The notes beneath the pieces were generated by a model, which did no database searches, was not told the origin of the DNA, and saw only the letters and a list, made by a program, of their open reading frames with translations. Below, one piece after another: positions 1-4,458 of a stretch of DNA of 4,458 nucleotides; position 1 is the stretch's first letter; every line of letters begins with the position of its first letter. Origin of the DNA: a virus (taxonomy: Duplodnaviria; Heunggongvirae; Uroviricota; Caudoviricetes). The position numbers were made by a program, and so were the translations under genes. The stretch is from the IMG/VR virus record IMGVR_UViG_2582580934_000005; one strand, 5' to 3'.

Positions 1-179
1 CAGCAAGAGCTGCTGCAACGCATTGACAAGGTTTTTGATTTTTTTCTGAACCACTAAGAAACCAGAACATGCACACACAAAAAAACCGCTTGCCATGCCG
101 CAATCGGTCAGGTTACATTTCCGCTGCACCTCATAAAACGGGTGCCGGGATTCTCAACCCGATACAGAGCAAAGCGCAT

Positions 180-200
180 AACCGCGCCAGCGGTTTTTTT
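180..200 (+). terminator. Putative rho-independent terminator: 6-bp stem AACCGC/GCGGTT, loop GCCA, followed by a T-run
   Basis: Read directly: aaccgc(180-185) gcca gcggtt(190-195), with T at 194-200. About 120 bp downstream of a short open frame at the window start that ends at 57. The stem is short, so this is tentative. Confidence 0.35.
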
Positions 201-212
201 GTGCGTACTGTA

Positions 213-241
213 TTGCCACGTCTTTTTCGCGTCAGAATTAT
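213..241 (+). promoter_or_regulatory. Candidate sigma70-type promoter (TTGCCA, 17-bp spacer, AATTAT) upstream of the small-ORF/gpA gene block
   Basis: TTGCCA at 213-218 (5/6 to TTGACA), 17-bp spacer, AATTAT at 236-241 (4/6 to TATAAT, with conserved A2 and T6). Sits just after the terminator-like hairpin and before the leader. Sequence pattern only. Confidence 0.25.
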
Positions 242-379
242 GGCGGGGCGTACGGGGCCGACTTCGGTCGGGCCGGATTCTTTGCTCTCCGGTGTTGAGA
301 ACCCTGTACGTCTCGCCACCCCGAGATTCTCAACTCTGGATGGTGAGTTATTTCTATCACCGAGCAAAGAGGCCACACC

Positions 380-610
380 ATGGCAAACCGCAAACAGCAC
401 CGCGCATACGCTGCGCGTCGTCACATCCAGACTGAAATCAACCGCAGACTTTCCCGCGCATTCCGCGTCGCTAAAATCATGCATATCAATATGCTGCATG
501 AGCGTAGCTGCGAACTTTCAAACCTCTATTCATCCGCTGTTTTCAGCTATCTGGCGGATGATCTGCGTGAGCTTCAGCAGCTCTTCCAGCAGCAAAACAA
601 ACCCCATTAA
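380..610 (+). CDS. Hypothetical small protein (76 aa), Arg/Lys-rich N-terminus; possible DNA- or RNA-binding regulator
   Basis: ATG at 380 with AAGAGG (366-371) 8 nt upstream; stop TAA 608-610. Codon usage looks enterobacterial (CGC/CGT, CTG, CAG). Same strand as, and immediately upstream of, the replication gene. No family recognised. Confidence 0.5.
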   Translation: MANRKQHRAYAARRHIQTEINRRLSRAFRVAKIMHINMLHERSCELSNLYSSAVFSYLADDLRELQQLFQQQNKPH

Positions 611-682
611 TTCCTGTTCCGGGCCTTTCCTGCACCTTGCGGCGGGAGGCCTTCGCACATCTGTAGTAAAGAGAATTGCAGC

Positions 683-1072
683 ATGATTGACGCTCATGAC
701 TTCACAAGATGGGTGCGCACACAGGACACCCGTCTGGCTCCCGTTCTTCAGGGATTATTTGATCTCTACATCCGTGGTCGTGACAACAGAGCACGCACCA
801 CAAAACCGGAGAATGCAGACACCCTTTATTTCACAGTAGACGACTGCTACCGCGTGGACTTCACACCACACGGGCTGGCGTTGCACTGCCTGACACCACA
901 CGGCGAATCACTACTGGCGTATTACGACTCCCCGGCCTCCGTATTTGCGGCAATGCTGGCGCATCGCACTGCTGGCGGGTGTGCCTCGCTGAGTGAATAC
1001 ACCGCTGAATTTGACCGCCTTTCCGCCATCTTCTCGCAGGAGTGGCAGCGCGTGACGGGATACCAGCCATGA
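683..1072 (+). CDS. Hypothetical protein (129 aa), translationally coupled to the downstream replication initiator
   Basis: ATG at 683 with AAGAGA (669-674) 8 nt upstream. Its TGA stop (1070-1072) overlaps the ATG (1069-1071) of the gpA-like gene in an ATGA arrangement. No family recognised. Confidence 0.55.
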   Translation: MIDAHDFTRWVRTQDTRLAPVLQGLFDLYIRGRDNRARTTKPENADTLYFTVDDCYRVDFTPHGLALHCLTPHGESLLAYYDSPASVFAAMLAHRTAGGCASLSEYTAEFDRLSAIFSQEWQRVTGYQP

Positions 1073-3924
1073 GTGAGTTTGCATGGAGCTGGAATGAACC
1101 ACGACCAGCCATTGATCCGGCCAGATTTACGGAGCGCAGGCAGGAAACTGAAACCGACTTGCAACGCGTCATCCGTTACTACCTTGAGGCGGACAAAAAG
1201 GCCCGGGAAGAACAGGAAGCGAAGGAGGAAGCCTTTTTCGCACAATCCGCCATGGGTAAAAAACTCATGGCATCCCTTGAGGAAGCCGGACAGCGTGAAA
1301 AGCTGGCTCAGAGCATCATCAGTAAGCGCCGGGCAACAGAACAAGACCCGGTAGCCCGTGCCTTTGCCACACTGAAGGCGCTTCCCGTTTATCTGCGAGA
1401 ACCTCTGAGCCGCCACCTCTCTTTCCTGCGCAAAAAACAGGAAGCCGATCGCCGGAAAGGCAAAAAGAGCTGGCAGGCTGAACGCTACGCGCGCGGAACC
1501 CTGCGCAAAATATTCGAACGTCTGGACCGCACCGACCACCGCTGGCTGACACCGGGTTATCGCTCCCTTGCCGGACGCGAACGCCTGGATGATTTGCTTT
1601 ACCTGCCGCAGCTCAACAAACACCAGATACAGACGCTGGCCACCATGACGGCGGCGATGTTCAGCAGCACCTTCGAAAAACTCTGCGATGGCTTTGGCGC
1701 GACTGATGGCGAGCTGACCATGGATGTAACGCTGAAGGCGTATCAGATGCTGGCCCGCATGGCGTTACACCTGCACGCCATGCCTCCGCATTATGACGCA
1801 CTGACAACAGACAAAGACCGGAGGAACGAACCGGACACGGAGCTGCTGCCGGGCGCAATCCTTCGCCTGACCTGTGCGGAATGGTGGAAACGAAAACTGT
1901 GGCTGTTACGTTGCGAGTGGAGAGAAGAACAACTCCGCGCCGCCTGTCTGGTTTCCAGAAAAACATCGCCCTATCTGAGCCAGGACGCGTTAAGCGAGTT
2001 TCGCGCACAGCGCGAGAAAACACGCGATTTCCTGAAAAGTTTCATGCTGGAAAACGAAGACGGGTTCACGATTGATCTCGAGACAGTGTATTACGCGGGA
2101 GTAAGTAACCCGGTTCACCGTAAAGCAGAAATGATGGCCACCATGAAGGGACTGGAACTTCTGGCCGAAGCCCGTGGCGACAGAGCGGTGTTTCTGACTG
2201 TCACCTGCCCGTCAAAATACCACGCAACAACGGAGAACGGTCATCCGAACCCCAAATGGAACGGGGCCACCATGCGCGACTCCAGCGATTACCTGGTTAA
2301 CACGTTTTTTGCGGCGGTCCGCAAAAAACTGAACCGCGACGGCCTGCGCTGGTATGGCATCCGCACGGTGGAGCCTCACCATGACGGCACCGTGCACTGG
2401 CATATGATGGTCTTTGCTCATCCGGAAGAAATCGACAGCATCGTGGCCATCACCCGCGATATTGCCATTCAGGAAGACCGCCACGAGCTGGGCAATGACA
2501 TTACTCCGCGCTTTAAGGTGGAGTATGTCGACGGCTCAAAAGGCACACCAACCAGCTATATCGCCACCTACATTATCGCGACCTACATCGGAAAAAACCT
2601 GGACAGCCGCGCCGTGGATGGCATCGACCCGAAAACGGGCAAACCACGCGTTGACCACGAAATCGGAAAATCAATGGCCGAGAGCGTGGAGCGCGCCATC
2701 GGCTGGGCACGCCTTCACCGGGTCCGCCAGTTCCAGTTCTTTGGCATCCCCTCCCGTCAGGTGTGGCGTGAACTCCGCCGCCTTGCCAGCCAGATGGCAC
2801 GCAACCCGGAAGGCCCGCAACGGCTGAAGGATGACGCAATGGATGCGGTACTCGCTGCCGCTGATGCCGGATGTTTTGCCACCTACATAGAGAAACAGGG
2901 CGGCGTACTTGTTCCGCGCAAGGACTACCTGATTCGCACCGCCTACGACCTCGCCGATGAGCTGAACGATTACGGCGAACAGAGCGTACAGATTTACGGG
3001 ATCTGGTCACCACTCATCGGGGAATCCTCCCGTGTGTGCACGCATCCGGATAACTGGAAGCTGGTAAGACGTAAACCGGAAGCGGAAGACAGCGCCCGCG
3101 AAAATGGTTTTGACCTTCAGGGCGGCCCTGCCGCCCCTTGGACTCGTGGCAATAACTGTCCCCGTGTACAGGAAACGGACAACAACGGGACAGAACAGCC
3201 GGAAGAACGGCCAGCACCGTGGCCGCAGCTTCCTGACGGCATTGAAGTGAACGAATGGATGCGCTCACTGAAACGGCACGAACGCCGGGCGCTGATGCGT
3301 TCGCTTCGTGACAAACAGGCAAAAAACAGCAGTGATGAAATGCAGAGCTGGACACAGAGCCGCAAACAGCAGCGGCCTTTGCCTGATAACCACGAATTAC
3401 TCGCTAGAGAATGGCGGGAGTCTGCTGAATCTCTCGGCCTGCATATCGGTGAACAACAAATGCAGCACCTGTTACGGGGCGGCAGTCTGTACGTTGACGG
3501 CAGCATCATTGCACCGCAGGGATTTGAAATTGTACGCAAACCGGATACCCGCCCGGACAGCCGAATCACGCAGCTCTGGCAGCGCCTGAGCCGTAATCAC
3601 GGTGTAAGCAGCACGGAGATCCGCCATAACCCGGTCGCCAGCTATCTGGCACAGCTGGGGGCATCAGACCCTGAAGCCGCCACACGCCTGGCATCCACAC
3701 TTCAGCAGGACCAGAACACCATGAAAACACCCGTTACCGTGCTTTCTGACATGCTGCGCGCCATCCGCGACGCAGAGCACGCACAGAGAATCAGTGAAAC
3801 CACTGAACGCGCCCGCCGCAAAGCAGACCTGCTGCGGGGTGGCCTGACCAGTGGAAACAAAAAACAGACAGAAACGGGACTCACGAATCCCGTAAATGAG
3901 CAAAAAACGCGCAGCGATATATGA
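1069..3924 (+). CDS. Rolling-circle replication initiator / replication endonuclease, phage P2 gpA family (HUH endonuclease), 951 aa
   Basis: Long ORF in the supplied track (1042-3924). Contains VEPHHDGTVHWHMM (HWH at 2395-2403) and a tyrosine motif SYIATYIIATYIGKN (2554-2598), which match what I recall of the P2/186 A protein motifs (VEPHHDGxxHWHMM; GYIAKYISKN with catalytic Tyr 450/454). Start placed at ATG 1069 (ATGA overlap with the upstream stop) in preference to the track's GTG 1042, which has an AGGAG directly abutting it with no spacer. Longer than the roughly 760-aa P2 protein as I recall it. Confidence 0.9.
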   Translation: MSEFAWSWNEPRPAIDPARFTERRQETETDLQRVIRYYLEADKKAREEQEAKEEAFFAQSAMGKKLMASLEEAGQREKLAQSIISKRRATEQDPVARAFATLKALPVYLREPLSRHLSFLRKKQEADRRKGKKSWQAERYARGTLRKIFERLDRTDHRWLTPGYRSLAGRERLDDLLYLPQLNKHQIQTLATMTAAMFSSTFEKLCDGFGATDGELTMDVTLKAYQMLARMALHLHAMPPHYDALTTDKDRRNEPDTELLPGAILRLTCAEWWKRKLWLLRCEWREEQLRAACLVSRKTSPYLSQDALSEFRAQREKTRDFLKSFMLENEDGFTIDLETVYYAGVSNPVHRKAEMMATMKGLELLAEARGDRAVFLTVTCPSKYHATTENGHPNPKWNGATMRDSSDYLVNTFFAAVRKKLNRDGLRWYGIRTVEPHHDGTVHWHMMVFAHPEEIDSIVAITRDIAIQEDRHELGNDITPRFKVEYVDGSKGTPTSYIATYIIATYIGKNLDSRAVDGIDPKTGKPRVDHEIGKSMAESVERAIGWARLHRVRQFQFFGIPSRQVWRELRRLASQMARNPEGPQRLKDDAMDAVLAAADAGCFATYIEKQGGVLVPRKDYLIRTAYDLADELNDYGEQSVQIYGIWSPLIGESSRVCTHPDNWKLVRRKPEAEDSARENGFDLQGGPAAPWTRGNNCPRVQETDNNGTEQPEERPAPWPQLPDGIEVNEWMRSLKRHERRALMRSLRDKQAKNSSDEMQSWTQSRKQQRPLPDNHELLAREWRESAESLGLHIGEQQMQHLLRGGSLYVDGSIIAPQGFEIVRKPDTRPDSRITQLWQRLSRNHGVSSTEIRHNPVASYLAQLGASDPEAATRLASTLQQDQNTMKTPVTVLSDMLRAIRDAEHAQRISETTERARRKADLLRGGLTSGNKKQTETGLTNPVNEQKTRSDI
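2560..2589 (+). repeat. 15-bp imperfect tandem duplication inside the catalytic tyrosine motif of the gpA-like gene (encodes IATYI-IATYI)
   Basis: atcgccacctacatt (2560-2574) followed by atcgcgacctacatc (2575-2589), 13/15 identical and in frame. Gives Tyr at codons 497, 501 and 506 (numbered from the 1069 start). Confidence 0.7.
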
Positions 3925-3972
3925 AGCGCGCACAAAACAGGCAAAAACGGGATTTCAGAATCCCGTAAACGA
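3862..3972. repeat. Two copies of a ~38-bp direct repeat, each containing a 20-bp palindrome (ACGGGAnT-N4-AATCCCGT); candidate partition centromere/operator (parC-like)
   Basis: Copy 1 at 3862-3899 (palindrome 3874-3893, inside the gpA 3' coding end). Copy 2 at 3935-3972 (palindrome 3947-3966, perfect 8-bp arms, in the intergenic region). 32/38 identity; centres 73 bp apart, about 7 helical turns. CA5-6C A-tracts sit at 3858, 3901, 3931 and 3941. Lies directly upstream of the ParM-like start. Confidence 0.5.
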
Positions 3973-4000
3973 TTAATTAATCAACATAAGGAAAAGCGAC

Positions 4001-4458
4001 ATGAAAATTTGTATCGACGACGGCTCCACCAACATCAAGCTGGCATGGACTGAGAACGGCGAACGCCGCAACGCCATCAGCCCGAACAGCTTCAAGTCGG
4101 AATGGTCTGCGCCGTTCGGTGGTACGCAGCCCGCGAACTACATGCTTGATGGCGTGCGCTATGGTTTTGATCCGGTCAGCGATCGCTTTGTCCAGACGAC
4201 CGACACGCAATACCAGTACAGCGATGTGAATGTCATTGCCATTCATCACGCGCTGGTCAAATCAGGCATCACGCCACAGGAGGTGGATGTGGTTGTCACC
4301 CTGCCACTGAGCGAGTATTTCGACACAAACGCACAGCCGGACATGGCCAACATCAGCCGCAAAAAAGCGAACGTTATGCGCCCGGTGGAGTACCAGAACG
4401 GTGAGGCATTCACTATCCGTAACGTACGGGTTATGCCTGAATCCATTCCGGCTGGCTT
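4001..4458 (+). CDS. parM: ParM/StbA-like actin-type plasmid segregation ATPase (5' partial; continues beyond the window)
   Basis: ATG at 4001 with AGGA (3989-3992) 8 nt upstream; in-frame stop TAA at 3974-3976 bounds the start. My translation MKICIDDGSTNIKLAWTENGERRNAISPNSFKSEWSAPFGG...YSDVNVIAIHHALVKSGITPQEVDVVVTLPLSEYFDTNAQP...RKKANVMRP...FTIRNVRVMPESIPAG shares blocks with the N-terminal half of R1/R100 ParM(StbA) as I recall it (IDDGSTNIKL, ISPNSFK, YSDVNV, HHAL, KKAN, VMPESIPAG). Not in the supplied ORF track because no stop occurs within the window. Confidence 0.88.
   Translation, partial: MKICIDDGSTNIKLAWTENGERRNAISPNSFKSEWSAPFGGTQPANYMLDGVRYGFDPVSDRFVQTTDTQYQYSDVNVIAIHHALVKSGITPQEVDVVVTLPLSEYFDTNAQPDMANISRKKANVMRPVEYQNGEAFTIRNVRVMPESIPAG

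Noticed and set aside
1-57. Open frame running in from the window edge (…QQELLQRIDKVFDFFLNH, stop at 55-57), possibly the 3' end of an upstream gene; also contains a perfect TTGACA at 23-28
   Set aside because: Only 18 codons visible, and no convincing -10 element follows the TTGACA. Too little sequence to call a gene or a promoter.
131-499. 122-aa minus-strand ORF and 97-aa + strand ORF (142-435) in the leader region
   Set aside because: No ribosome-binding site, they overlap the structured non-coding features and each other, and the translations have no recognisable character. Treated as chance ORFs.
69-686. 205-aa + strand ORF spanning the upstream leader and overlapping the 76-aa ORF
   Set aside because: Low-complexity translation (Ser runs), crosses the terminator-like hairpin and candidate promoter, has no ribosome-binding site, and overlaps the better-supported 380-610 ORF out of frame. 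Likely spurious.
1042-1068. GTG start at 1042 proposed by the ORF track for the initiator gene
   Set aside because: The AGGAG directly abuts the GTG with no spacer, whereas the ATG at 1069 forms an ATGA overlap with the upstream stop. The true start still needs experimental or comparative confirmation.
3902-3936. CGCGC-N13-GCGCG hairpin that would be followed by a U-run on the minus strand (terminator-like in reverse orientation), centred between the two palindromic repeats
   Set aside because: No minus-strand gene is supported downstream of it; the loop is long and the stem short. More likely part of the A-tract repeat architecture than a real terminator.
861-3944. Numerous antisense ORFs (such as 922-1623, 1661-2023, 2573-3013, 3117-3569, 3664-3933) and alternate-frame + strand ORFs (1073-1354, 1881-2075, 2414-2827, 3308-3589) inside the gpA-like gene
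   Set aside because: All lie within a gene strongly supported by family motifs. They are shadow ORFs typical of GC-rich coding DNA, with Arg/Cys/Ser-rich translations.
3977-4446. Minus-strand ORFs 3977-4249 and 4246-4446
   Set aside because: Antisense to the clearly ParM-like + strand reading frame.
1-4458. Looked for tRNA/att sites, CRISPR repeats, IS terminal inverted repeats and DnaA boxes (TTATCCACA)
   Set aside because: None found by eye; no regular repeat-spacer arrays or cloverleaf-like segments.

Overview
The window reads as the replication/partition backbone of a plasmid-like or phage-plasmid-like element, with every supported gene on the + strand. A probably structured non-coding leader (about 58-379) carries a terminator-like hairpin, a candidate promoter and short repeats. 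It is followed by two small hypothetical genes (380-610, 683-1072), the second overlapping by ATGA the start of a large gene (1069-3924) for a phage P2 gpA-family rolling-circle replication initiator. That protein has an HUH-type HWH motif and a tyrosine motif that carries a 15-bp tandem duplication. Two copies of a ~38-bp repeat, each with a 20-bp palindrome, straddle the gpA stop codon, and a ParM/StbA-like actin-type segregation gene starts at 4001 and runs off the window end; it is absent from the supplied ORF track because it has no stop in the window. No tRNA, rRNA, CRISPR array, IS element or integrase is visible. All homology statements rest on recalled family motifs, not on searches. 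The most unusual points are the pairing of a P2-type initiator with a plasmid ParM system, the duplicated active-site motif, and the palindromic repeat pair as a candidate centromere/operator.
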